Shown here in pieces: positions 13,082-25,334 of a stretch of DNA of 49,283 bases (position 1 is its first letter; each line of letters begins with the position of its first letter). Source of the DNA: Vermamoeba vermiformis (taxonomy: Eukaryota); contig JBEWZL010000151.1 of assembly GCA_045837725.1 (NCBI GenBank), positions 186,001-235,283 of the forward strand, written 5' to 3'. Both the position numbers and the translations under genes were made by a program. The notes beneath the pieces were generated by a model. The model was given only the letters and a program-made list of their open reading frames with translations. It was not told where the DNA came from and did no database searches.

Positions 13082-15741
13082 TTATACACATCTACCGTGA
13101 CATTTCTTCACCCAATTTGGAACAGGGCACGCGAACTCGTTCAGCGAAACGTCGCAGAGGCGCATGGCCGTTACATTCGGGACGCTACTTGATGAAACCG
13201 AATTGAACAAGTTAAGCGATATATCTAGGTAATTAAGACTCGCCATAATATCTTGGCTAAGAGAAAACTCGCCACTGAAGCTATTGGCGGATAAATCCAG
13301 TTTGTGTAAGTTGTGCAGATCCGCGAGAGCCTGCAAGCCACCACTGAAGTTATTCATTTTGAGTATCAAATCGGTAATAGTAGCCGGCAAGTGCGGGATG
13401 GATCCGCTGAGATAGTTGTTTTCCACGTCAAGCTCTTCTAGCGCTGTGTTCGCAAAGCTGGGCAGAGTGCCGTAAAGATGGTTGCTAGGCAACTTGAGAA
13501 AAGTCAAGTTAGCCAACGATCCAAGCTCTTCGGGGATTGTTCCAACAATGTTGCAGCCATCCAGCATTACGTTGTTGAGACTTTTACCGTATGTGATACC
13601 CGACGGCAATTCCCAAGGAGAAAATCTGTTGCCTTCGAGTAGCAAATTCTGAAGCGCGGGCATCGAGAAGATCGCTGCAGGCACTGTTCCTTGAAGAAGA
13701 GCGCCGGTGAAGCTGATATGCTCGAGGTGTTGCAGCGAGGAAATAGCATCGGGTATCGAGCCGTCTAGGGGAGATACCTCCATAGCTAACGTTTGGAGTT
13801 GATCGAGTTTGGCAATGGAAGCAGGAATTGAACCTGCGAGACCATTTGCAGTAAAGAAAAGTTCGACAACTCTGCCTTCGGTATTACACGAGACTCCATA
13901 CCACTCGCAAACAGACGTGTTCGACATCCAATTGCGCGAGTTGTACCAGCCCCTGCCTTCCATCTGTCTGTAGAAATCTACTAGAGCAGCAAGATCTTGA
14001 AGCTGCCCAGCTGTTAGCGGTGGTGGTGTTGCAACAGGAGAGGTGACTGCTGGAGATGGGGTCACAACAGGATTTGATGGTGCAGGAGAAGTGACGACTG
14101 GCGACGGTGGACTTGGATTCGTGGGTTGATCGCGAGAATTGAAAATAGGCCAAACGAACATAACACCAACAGCAATGGAGATTATTAGAAGTACTGCCAT
14201 TGACGTGCCAAAGATCCACTTCCAAGGCCTCTTTCGTGGTCGATACTCGCGAACATCGTCAAAGCTGGAATATTTGCCTCCACTGTGCGGATAGTCGCCT
14301 GCATTCTGACTTCTTTTGTTGTCTTTCTTCATGAACTCGGTGTAAAGCATGTCAACCACTTGGTGGATCTGGTCTGTCTTCGAGTTGAGTTGATCAATAT
14401 CTTTGAAGTTCTGTTTGATCGATTCGCTCAGATAAGGTATCAACGACTCGTAGTCCACGTGCAAGATACCATCGATCAGTTGAACTGCTTGAGGAACAAC
14501 ACTTTCAATCTGTTGTGCAATGTAGCCCACGAATCGTCTGTTTGAATCGTTGTTGCCGCGCACTCCTTCTTTGAACTTGTATTCGACACCATCGATCTTC
14601 ATCAGAACGTCACGTGGATTACGATCTTGCATTAATTAAAGTTAAAACTAACGTTGAAAATAACGAGATATTTTACCTTGGCTGAGTAACCGAATGTCCT
14701 CCTTGATGTTGATGTCCGACGCTTTGTAAAAGTTCAACGCTCTGAAATTTCCAATAACCTCAGCATTGCCATTATATAGGACCATATATTGGCTGTCTTG
14801 ATCAAAGCGGCTAAAAAATCAAGTTAGTTTGGATCCGTCACATGCGCGTAATGTTCAAGTACTTACACAGGATGCATTAGGACGCCATCGTGGTCACCTT
14901 CGATATGAAATGTAGCCAAGGACCCTCGACCTCTTTCGAAGTGTTCCATCTTTCTAGAAGATAAACGTGTCGTGAGCAAGGTGCCAAAACATGGCAGATC
15001 TAAACGTACCCGTAATATTTCTCGTCTTTCGTAATTTCAAAGCTATCATCCTGCGGAGTATTTAACGCCATTACACTGTCTTCGTCTTCATCGTACGGTG
15101 ATGAATAAACTTGTTGAGGAGGTGAAGGCTCTTCGGAGCTCGCTGCAATGCTACTAATGTCATTTTGCAGCCATACGACTGGGACAATAACTGCATTGCA
15201 AGAATAAATATTGTGTTAGCAAATGTGAACGAAAATACTTGTGCACTGAATCAGATCCGCCAGATCAAATCAGAATCAATTATCTATTTAATTTACCCTC
15301 ATCCTCCGCGTCTTCGTCAGCTACTCTTCGTTTAGGTAATAATTGATAGACTGAAGAGGTGGCTTGGTTCAATAGAACGCCTGAACTGTAACAATTAACA
15401 TTGAATCTGATCAGTCGTTGTTTGACACGTCTGAAATCGAATACGCCCGGCACAACTTTGCATTGAAATATTACGCCCTCAACTACTGATGAATTTTCCT
15501 TGGTTTGGAATCGATAAGGGCTGCGTTTCGCCCAAGCTAAGCCGTCAGATTGCGACTCTCGACCATTCTCGTCAATTGTAATTAGCTCTACTTGATAATG
15601 ACAACTTTCATTAGTATCTTGTTTTGTTAAAGTCAAACCGAAACTTGGTATTGTTGTTTGGGTGAAGGCAAATCCACCAGCATCTCCACCGCCAAGAGGA
15701 ATAAACAATTGAAATATATTCTTAATATGCAACTGTTGCAT
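13082..15741 (-). CDS. MYRF-like membrane-tethered protein B (tandem paralog): N-domain + peptidase S74/ICA + TM + LRR
   Basis: Exons 15741-15297, 15190-15010, 14953-14867, 14810-14677 and 14625-13082, with the same four intron phases as copy A. SDINIKEDI has its Ser codon at 14717-14719. TM WIFGTSMAVLLIISIAVGVMFVW, Pro/Thr stalk, CEWYGVSC cap and plant-type LRRs. Confidence 0.85.
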
Positions 15742-16371
15742 TGTGTTGCAAAAAGGGTCGAAAAAACGAACGGAAACTGGCAGCTTGCACCCGTTAGCAC
15801 AAGTACCCGACGAACGGGAACTTTGATTTTGACGAATAAATTAGGTGCAGTATAATTAAGTAAATTGTTCGCGTGAACATAAGAATCAAAATAGCTCGGA
15901 ATGTGATGGCAAATTGCAGATTAAAGGAAGCGTAACCTGGTTTGATCAAACCAACAAGAATAAAATATAAAACCCAATATACATACGGGTGCTACGATTT
16001 TTAGGTTAAACTATGCGCATTAGTAAATATTGAAGAGAGCTTACCAAAACCAAAACTGTCACCAAATCTAACCGTTACAACCTGCCCACCCTTCCCCACA
16101 ATCGTTCGTGTGTATTTCATTCTGCAGCACGGAGGACGTTGTGATCAAATAAATATTATTACGCAAGAATTTGAGCCCGTGTACCAAGATTCACCACGTC
16201 CACCGCGATTCGTTATGAAGAGGAACCAATGATGACAGATAGAGGCTTACAAATAAACAACTCATGCGTGTGTTGGTGTCACTTTGTGGTGACCTTGGTC
16301 TTGAGCGACTGATTGTGGCTTCTCAGCAGTTTTTTTCTTTGAACCTCTGATCAACAACACCTCATAGCAAT

Positions 16372-18092
16372 ATGGGTTGCCTAAACAGTAAAGGAGGAGG
16401 CAAAAAGGGCAACGATAATGCCACCAATGGCGGCGGTGATAGCAAACAAACACTGGCCAACACCGGAGGCGGCAAAGCGTATGTGGAAGCAGAATCCTTC
16501 TGGTCAATAGTTTAATCACAGATTAATATTGAATAAATGACAAAAAATACCAATGATAATACAACCTATCATCAAGCAAATTATCAGACCACGAAGAGAT
16601 AGAACGTCGAATCTCAAAAAGATTTTTATAACGCCTATTTAACCTTAAATACTAATCAAGCGATTTATATTTAGTGCTACTGTGAATATTGTATTTGCAG
16701 GCGATCCTGGTACGTTAATTAAGACTAATTGGACCAAATATTGTAACGTTACTGATTTGAATCAAAACCGACAGGCGTTGGAAAAACATCAATTATTGGT
16801 CGATTTAAGGTAAATATTGTTTAAATATGTCCACAATGTTCATTTATGAATGTTTACCAACGAATTCCGGCGGAGGAAAAATAATTCGTGAAGACGCGGC
16901 TCAACTCGATCTACTCAAATAATGACACAAAAATCTATTCAACAATCAGAATATGATATTTCCATATTATTTATCATGTTTATAGGGTTTCGATCAAAAC
17001 AGCAATTAACTGAATTTCTTTTAGGATGGAGTTTTTGGCGAGGCTTCAAGCGCAACCACACAAGGAGAATCTATCAAGAAGAATATTACTATTGATGGCG
17101 ATAATATTGAACTCCGAATTGTAAGTTAACTCGAAGATTTTTGCCTAATCCAGCCTTTATCCGATCTAACCCGCTTTCCGTTTTAAACTATTAATAGCAT
17201 TCTTGACTTAAATTTTGATCAAAATAAGCAAATTATTTATATTACAAGACATTTCTCGCCTGATTTCTCTCGCGCCCATCAAATATTTCAATGGGAGTTG
17301 CCAAAAACGGCACCATGCCAAAATGAATGCTAATTCCTTATTTTTCATTTTAGTGGGATACCGGAGGTCAAGAACGTTACACAAACATTACTTCATCGTA
17401 CTACCGATTCGCAGATCTCGTCGTGATGGTTTACGATGTTTCAAACAAAGAAACTTTCGAACATTTGCGCAACTGGAAGGAACAAGTCGATCGATATTGC
17501 CCTGACAGCTCGATCAAGATGGTTGTTGGCAACAAAACCGTAAGTACTATTTATATGACAGACAACTGGACATTAGATCCATGTCTGGACAGTCAGACCG
17601 CCAATTTTGACCGGTGACTGGTTGCTTATTTGCCGATTAATCGTTGGCATGCTTAAATTGCGAGCCGTGTCTTTCACGTGAAATAATTATCGAAATTAAT
17701 ACGGCAATCATTATATTTAAATTTCCGTTTGGTCTTTTTTGCATCGATGCACACTATTTCAGCACGATGCTGTTCAGTATGTCAATGCAGAGTACTAACA
17801 TAGAGGCATTTAATTAATAGGACTTGTCGTCTGTTGTCGATAGTGGTGAAGCTTCGGTAAGTCTTTATATATATTTAGATAAAATATTTTTGGTTCGGAT
17901 CACGATCCGCGATCTTCCGTGCTTTTTGTTACCTTTCTTTTTCAAGTCCATGAGTACTAATAAATCATTATTATATAGACTTTTGCATCTTCGTTGGGCT
18001 CTCAAAGCATCAACTGCTCCGCAAAGGAAGGCACGAACATTGACAAGTTGTTCGAGCTCGCTGCCAAAGAAGTTTTGAAGCACAAGGCTTAA
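16372..18092 (+). CDS. Rab-family small GTPase (Rab1/8-like switch II) with N-terminal MGCxxSK and no C-terminal Cys
   Basis: Seven small exons give G1 GDPGVGKTS, G3 WDTGGQERY, ITSSYYRFA, G4 GNKTD and G5 CSAK, ending EVLKHKA* (TAA 18090-18092). Exon 1 (16372-16478) joins exon 2 (from 16675) in phase. Confidence 0.85.
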
Positions 18093-18582
18093 GCCCTCGT
18101 TAGGCCTTATAATATTAAATAATAATATATTTATTTCAATTTGTTTATTAGGACGGTTTTGAACAGAGACGTAACAATTCAAATTACGTTTTCCGTTTGA
18201 GATTGTTACATATTTTATTTGACTGACCTCCACTTGCATTAATAGTTGTTAAAAGACAATAATTAGTAAGTGGAGGGGTCATTATATCATTAATTTAAAC
18301 AAAAAAAAAGATCCGCTTGTAATTATTACTCCTGAACCAATAAAGTTCGATTTTACGGACCACTTAGCGTTCTTTATTAATTTGCTAGAAAAAGACCTAG
18401 TAAAATTGTGAGCACAATAAGCAGATCCGATTTTTTGGCCTCAATTTCAAACAAATACTGCGAAAATCAAGCACATATGTAACTAACCTAAAATTTGTTT
18501 GCTATTTATTTAGCGCGTCAAAACTTAGTGTTAGTAAGCACTACAGCTCGGGCAACCACAACACGCGTTAAGTCATCGAAGG

Positions 18583-19989
18583 ATGGAGCAAAACAATTCT
18601 AAATACGAAGATATTTTGGTGGAAGTCGATTCAAAAGAAATTAACAATAACAATATTGGAGATTTTATCCCTTACACGCTCACAGAACTCGATGGATCTG
18701 AATTTAATTTACCAAAAATCGAAAACGGAGTTCCACAATGCGATTTATGCTTCAGAAAATTTCAAAAATACACAGAGTTGTACGCACACAAAGGAAAATT
18801 CTGTTTAGAAGATACTGCTGGAATTGAAAGTCACCTGATCAAAGTTAATTTCTCTGTCGATCAGCTACCGTTCATTCAAGATTGCCTCGCTGGCTTAAAC
18901 AAAGAAGTCAAGAAAAATGATAACGGCACACTTTACGTGGAGCAAGAAGCCGCTGTTGCCTCAATTTTCCTCCAGCAACTCTACACGGCTCAAGTCACCA
19001 AGTACAACCTCGAGGAATGGTATCCTAAGCTATCCGCATTAAATACTAAATTTACACGACGTAAGTGCCGACATTAATAGTCTCCTATTGTTTATTTTAC
19101 TAATCGGATCTGCTGCTTAGCGGTCACTGCCCCGAGCATCTTCTTGCCTCTAAGTGATGAGGAACTTAAAATGATGCAAGGACTAGCCTCCGCCAATCTA
19201 GCACGAGCGATGGGCATGGATAGAAGAGAGACAAACAAAGAGCTTGAGATGCGAGAGAAGCTCGAAGAGCGACTTGCAATGGTGATGGATCCAACAAAAG
19301 TTTATTTTTGCAGAATGTCCACTCGATCGCCTAAAGATGGCGTCAGTTTGAGTGCAGAAGAGAAGTTATTGCCCATTACAGAGCGTCTGCAAAGAAAAAT
19401 TAGATTATTGCAAGTTCGAAACCCTCAACAAGTCGTGGATCTGCTCACGAAGAGTCAACGTGTATTCTCCGATATTAACTTCTATTTTGGACATCGCGTG
19501 GCCAACTCAACATCTGCAAAGCTATTTTTGATATTGCGCGAATGGACGGAGATGCCGCAAGACCACGAGTTCAGGTGTTACATCGTCAACAGAAAAATCG
19601 TAGCAATCTCTCAATATCAATGCTACTGCGTATTTCCAGCCATGCAGAACGAAGAGCACGTGCGTAGAATACGCGATGTGATAGTCCAGTTCCACGAGCA
19701 GATCAAGCAAGACATTCCGATGCATGATTACGTAATCGATATAGCCGTCTTTGAGGACTTTTCTTGCTCAGTAATAGGTATGGATAGGTGATATTACGCT
19801 TCTATAATGTGATTATTAACAAATACTTTAGAATTGAATCCTATGGGTGCTGCAATGTCTAGTGGATCCGCGTTGTTCAACTGGATCAAAGATGCGGATC
19901 TGTTGAGCGGCAAATTGAACCTTGATATGCCTCCTATTCGAGTTCTTAAGCGACTATTTGATGAAGAGACTGGTACGAAGATCAATTAG
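18583..19989 (+). CDS. CDC123/R2K-clade ATP-grasp protein with N-terminal Zn-finger-like motif
   Basis: Motifs WYP, FCRMSTRSPKD, LILREW, EFRCYI, AISQY, YVIDI and IELNP...SALFNW. N-terminal CDLC-x12-HKGKFC. Two introns. Confidence 0.8.
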
Positions 19990-20205
19990 TGTACTCTAAC
20001 ATGATTATCTTTGTTACATGTAAATAAGGCAGTTCATGCTTAATTAAAGCAAATGTAAATACGAGTTTTAATTTTTTTGAGCGTTTGGGGGTTTCTTATT
20101 ATACAGAGAACTTTTCGTTTTTGGTTTGAGTTAGACAAACAAATCATTTAGTTTTTTCAGTTCCAAGCAGAGAAGCAAAGCATACGCCCTAGAACAGTAT
20201 CAGCA

Positions 20206-22622
20206 ATGCTTGTTGTTCGCATCTTATCGTTCATCGTTCGTGTGATGGTCTTCTACGGACTCCGGATCCTCAAACGAATTTTTAAAACCGAATTACCTCC
20301 AAGTAAGTAACTAATTTAGCAAATATTTAACTGTATAATACAATTTTACGCGTTAGCATCAGATTGTGGCATTTGTAAATAATATTCAGAAATTTCAAAA
20401 CAATAATTGTAAAAATATATTACGATGACGTTTCTAATTCCTTTAGATTTTTATTTATCAGGAAATTTTGCTCCTGTCCACGATGAGCGCGAAAAAGAAG
20501 ATGTTGAAGTTGTTCAGGGCGAGATCCCAAAAGATCTACGAGGAATGTTTATTCGTAACGGTCCTAATCCTCAATTCACTCCAGAATTCTATCATTGGGT
20601 ACGTAATATTACGATTTTAAGCGCAATTAAAAAGTTGACGGTTGATGATTAACTGCGCCTGATCTGATCGCAATTTATTTAGTTTTCTGGAGATGGAATG
20701 CTTCATGGGGTTCAGTATGACATATAAAAATGTTATTAAATATATTTCTAACGTTATTTGGCAGTTTTAATGCCGGTAAAGCTACGTACACGAATAAATT
20801 TATCAAAACTCTCAAGTACCTCGCCGAAAAAGCCGCTGGCAAAGAAGTGTAAGCATCGTATTAATAGGACTATACGATAATATAAGAGTACTAACGAATT
20901 TATGCTAGTATTGCCAGCTTGGGAGCTATGGCATCGGATCCGATTCATTTCTACAAAATGTTGTGGAGCTTGATTAAGGTACGCATTAACGTAACTATAT
21001 TGATATTAATTATATATCATATAATAGAGCAAGGGCAAGATGGACCGAGACGCTATCAACACAGCCAACACAGCACTGATTTACCACGGCAGAAGATTTT
21101 TAGCGCTGATGGAGGCTGCACGACCTGTTCAAGTCAATGCGGGCAATTTAGACACGATTGGAACTTATACATTTGGTGGCAAGCTCAATCACAACGTTAC
21201 TGGTAAGTCCATGGTAGCAAATTCATTAGTGCAGGGTGTTAATCGATTGGTCAAAAGCGCATCCGAAAGTGGATCCGGTCACGGGTGAAATGATTTTCTT
21301 CGGTTATCCTGTAGGCCCTGGTCCAGTCACTGTTAAATACGGCGTTGCTACTAAGTATGTTCCTATTCAAAAATAGCTTTATCATGCTCACATTTTCTTC
21401 TCTAGGGACGGAGACATTCCAACTTCGCTCGAAATCGATTGCGGTCCAATCTCTAAAATGATGCACGATTTTGCAGTTACTGTATGAAAGATGATACGAC
21501 GAGCATTGAGGGCATTTGTCTAATGTGTACTATTCATAGGAACACTACTCTATCATCATGGACTTGCCGTTCTTGATTGATCCTAGACGAATGGCCCTCG
21601 GTGAAAATCCCTTCAATTTTGAGGCAGACATGCCTGCTCGATTCGGTATGTCACTCATGTCCATTGTAATAACCGCAGCACTTTAGCTAACTCCATTTTA
21701 ATCGTAGGAGTTTTGCCGCGTCACGCCAAGAAGCAATCAGACATCAAGTGGTTCACGACTAAGTCTTGTTATATTTTCCACACTGGCAATGCGTGGGAAG
21801 AGAACGATGAAGTCGTGTTGATTGCGTGCAGGTACGAATATGTTACTGTAGTATTACTGCGTGAGCCTAACTCAAAACCATTTTACAGATCCGCTACTAC
21901 ATCTTCGCTCGGTTTGAGCCCGCAAGAAGGCGGTACGTACTTACAAACACATATTAGTAGTAGCAATACTAATCCCTATTAGATCGTCCTTATCTCTTCG
22001 AGTTCAGATTCAACATGAAGACGGGTAAAATGACCGAGACACGACTGGCTGACCCCTCGTGCGAGTTCCCTGTCGTACGTTCACTCGCATGTTATTTTAG
22101 GATCACGTTAATTAATTAACGAATAATTTCCAGATCAATGAGTCACTTCTCGGTAGACAATCACGCTATGTGTGGCTCGCTCATTTCCCTTCTGACAGAC
22201 CCCAAGACGGTCGTGCCATCGGATGTAAGTTAAGGCCGCAAGTTAATGAGGTCTGACTTCTAACGTACCGTTTGTTAGTGATCAAGAAAGATTTGAAGAC
22301 TGGTGAGACCATCACCGTGTCTCATGCTCTGAACGCGTTTGGTGGTGAGTTCGTCTTCGTGCCTCGCGATGGAGCTGTCGAGGAGGATGACGGCTATATG
22401 GGTACGTACATTTAGACGTTGTTGTTAAGATATGAGCTAAGTTATGAATCATCAGCTGGCTTTGTGCACGATGAGAACACGGGCACATCGTACTTGTCGG
22501 TCAGATCCGCGGTTGATTTGAAGGAAGTCGCTCTCATCAAGATGCCGCGACGCGTGCCTTATGGATTCCATGGCCGATGGGTCACTCAAGAACAAATCGA
22601 TCAGCAGATCTTGGCTTTGTAA
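20206..22622 (+). CDS. Carotenoid cleavage dioxygenase / RPE65-family oxygenase
   Basis: [40 protein letters not shown]. Four Fe-binding His motifs [18 protein letters not shown] and PYGFHG, plus EFP and EDDGY. Confidence 0.92.
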
Positions 22623-22671
22623 AGTGTAAAGGAGAAATAGAAACTTATTTATTGAAATTATTGTTTCTCTC

Positions 22672-24048
22672 TTAGTAAGTGCCAGGAATGGGAGTGGATC
22701 CGAAAGAAGGCGAGTAGTGATCCAAATAAGGCCAGTGATCGTGCGTGAAATGAACTCCGTCCATGACAAGTGTGCGCGGGAAACCATCGCCAACAGCACC
22801 CTGTTGATAAGAGTGGTAGAACATCAAGTATTGCGGAGTGTTGGGGCTCATGTTGCCGATTTGCGGCACGACAGGGATGAGACTGCAGTGACCAGGACCA
22901 GCCCAGTAGAGGTCTGAGTGCGCGAAGGGGTTGTTGGGACTCTTGGTGTAGGGACCCAAGAGGTTTTGAGAACGAGCGACACCAAGAGCGTAACGGTCAG
23001 TGTTGAATACATTCGAGCTATAGAACATGAAGTAATAGCCTTGGTACTTCACGATCCAAGGGGCCTCGACAAGACCTCCTTCCCAAGTGTACGGATCGTT
23101 AGCCAACAATTGTACGCGATCATTGCCGACCAATCGGAGACCGTCCCAAGAGAGCTAACGTCAAGTTAGTATTAGAATCACGTATTGTAGCATTATAACA
23201 TACTTCTTGAGCCCAAATGGGAGTGTACATCTCTGGAGGTCTCAAACCGTTGCCGTCCTCCTTCCAGATTAAGTAACTAGTTGACACGCTTAGATGAGTG
23301 TTGAATGACAATCCATAATAACTTACGTCTTGTTGAGGGTATCATCGTGGAAGTAAGTGGCGTCGATGAAACCAACAGTCGTGGCGAGCACGAGAGGGTG
23401 ACCAATGTCAGTGTACGGACCAGTGGGTTCACTTGCGTAGGCAGCACCAACGCAGAGCATGCCAGTATCTCTCTTGCGAGCTGTGTAGTACACGATGTAT
23501 TGACCGCTGACGAAGTGGATTTCCTGCAGAATGAAAAGGATCAGATCAAACCTTTCGTGGCAGAATTCAATGTGATTCTAATCTTTGCGAACTGGCGAAT
23601 CGCGGTTCTTTATTTTTTTGGGTACCGAAAAATAAAATTAAAAATACTGGTCGAATTACGACCGCAAGTCAAACGAGTAAAAAAGGAATAGGAGAGTTTG
23701 CAACTTTTTCAGTTAATTATTGCAAAATATCTTGACAAATTAGATACTGTCACTTACGGGAGCCCAAAAATCTTGGCTTGCCCAAGGGTGTTGATATCCA
23801 GCAGGAAACACGTGAGAGACAATAGGCCAAGAAGTAAGATCAGTGATCTTTGAGGCGCGAATGGGAAACTTATCAGGCTCGGAATTATTATCTGTGGTAA
23901 CGGCAACAAACACTGTTTTTAATTGGTCTACATAAATAGCACCAGGATCTGGGTTGTTAGATTTGTCGATCGGGTTTGTGTAGAATCTAACTGCGTAGCA
24001 GCTGATAGCTAACGTCACCAACACTAATGCTTGCAATGTCTTGTTCAT
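22672..24048 (-). CDS. Secreted glycoside hydrolase family 43
   Basis: Signal peptide MNKTLQALVLVTLAISCYA, catalytic-type motifs NPDP, FWAPE, GFIDAT and VEAPW, and GPGHCS. Confidence 0.9.
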
Positions 24049-24303
24049 TTTGAGCGAGAACAGAACAATGAAAAAGATTTTGTCGTTGCTTTTTGACGCA
24101 CGTGACTGCGATCGGGTCCCGTTCATACGGCCACTATGTGAATCAGATATTTGTTCTATAAATAGCTTATTGTAACGTGTAATAACCCATAACACGTTAT
24201 TGAAGCAGTCCATTTCATTCGAATGAAAGGTCGTTTGATCAATTTAACCAGGAAGGAATTTAGGAAAGCACGAAAGTGTTAGTACAAGGTTCTACCGTCG
24301 TAT

Positions 24304-25268
24304 TTATTGAGTTTTGATGTATTTTTTGTTGTTGAACAGAAGTTCGTCGCCTGTCAAGACAAATTCTTTGTTCTGCTGTGCCACTGCTGTTATCTTCGTA
24401 GCCAGCTCAGGTACATCATTGTTATTGGCCAACACTTCTGTCTTAGATGTGTTGCCGGATGATGTGATAACCAAGTGTGATTGCGAACGCGATAACTCAG
24501 TGCCAGATCTGCTCGACTTTTGGCTTTGAATAAAACTCGGTTCAGATTTCTTCAAATCGAATTCTAACATTGAAATAGCAGCCTCTTCTTTAGTTTTAAT
24601 ATTATTTGCACCAGCTTCAATCCATTTGCCGTTCAAGCGTTCTAACAGCGCATGATCCAAAGAGTGCCCAACGGGCAAATTGCCTCCAGTGTGTTGTGTC
24701 GGTGTGCTAGTCGAGATTAAATAAAGCAAAACGTTTGCAGCAGCAAAGAATACAATTAATACGAGCCAGACCTTCTTTCTTTGTGCTCGGAATTGCTGTC
24801 TTCGCTGATAGATCGTCTCGAGCTCCTCTTTCAATTTTCGAATTTCTTCTTGTTGTCTATTGAATTGTTCTTCGAAATTAGTATATTTGTAATCATTAGA
24901 ATTATTGGCCTTCTCGTTGGAGTTCGTTTGGTCAGATTTGTTGTTCTTGTTGCTCTCTTCTTGCGACGAATACGGTCTGCATTGTAGGTAAATACTAAAC
25001 GGCGATCCTATTAAATGCTATGATGTAAATAACCTGACTGATAATTGCTTGACACGTTGCACAGCGAATCCAAAAGTTTTTGAAGGTACCGGAGGCAAGT
25101 ATTACCTAATTGGCTTGTATTATTTTTTCTGATATTTTTGGTGATTTTTTGAGTGGATAATATTGAGATCTGTCGGACAGACGAGTTTGAAGGTCGAAGA
25201 GCTGAATGAAACACGCTTCTAATCGCACTGTGGCTGCTTAATGATATAACACGTGTAAGGCAATACAT
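24304..25268 (-). CDS. Putative mitochondrial single-pass membrane protein with coiled coil
   Basis: Arg/Ser-rich acid-free N-terminus (MYCLTRVISLSSHSAIRS...), one inferred intron (~25104-25008), RPYSS cleavage-like site, coiled coil EEQFNRQQEEIRKLKEELE and TM VWLVLIVFFAAANVLLYLI. Confidence 0.6.
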
Positions 25269-25334
25269 AATGCGTTGTGTTTAATAGTTTGGATGTTCAA
25301 AAGAAAAATTTATTGCAATAATTCAATCTCAGGC

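Noticed and set aside
10095-14632. Prophage tail-fibre gene or plant LRR receptor kinase
   Set aside because: The S74 domain is embedded in intron-containing genes with no other phage genes nearby. There is no kinase domain or signal peptide, and the LRR is C-terminal to the TM.
16262-16519. 85-aa minus-strand Cys/His-rich ORF
   Set aside because: Antisense shadow of Rab exon 1 (MGCLNSK...).
17865-18239. 124-aa minus-strand ORF and the 17824-18078 plus ORF
   Set aside because: They overlap Rab exons 6-7 and an intron, have no motifs, and are explained by the spliced Rab.
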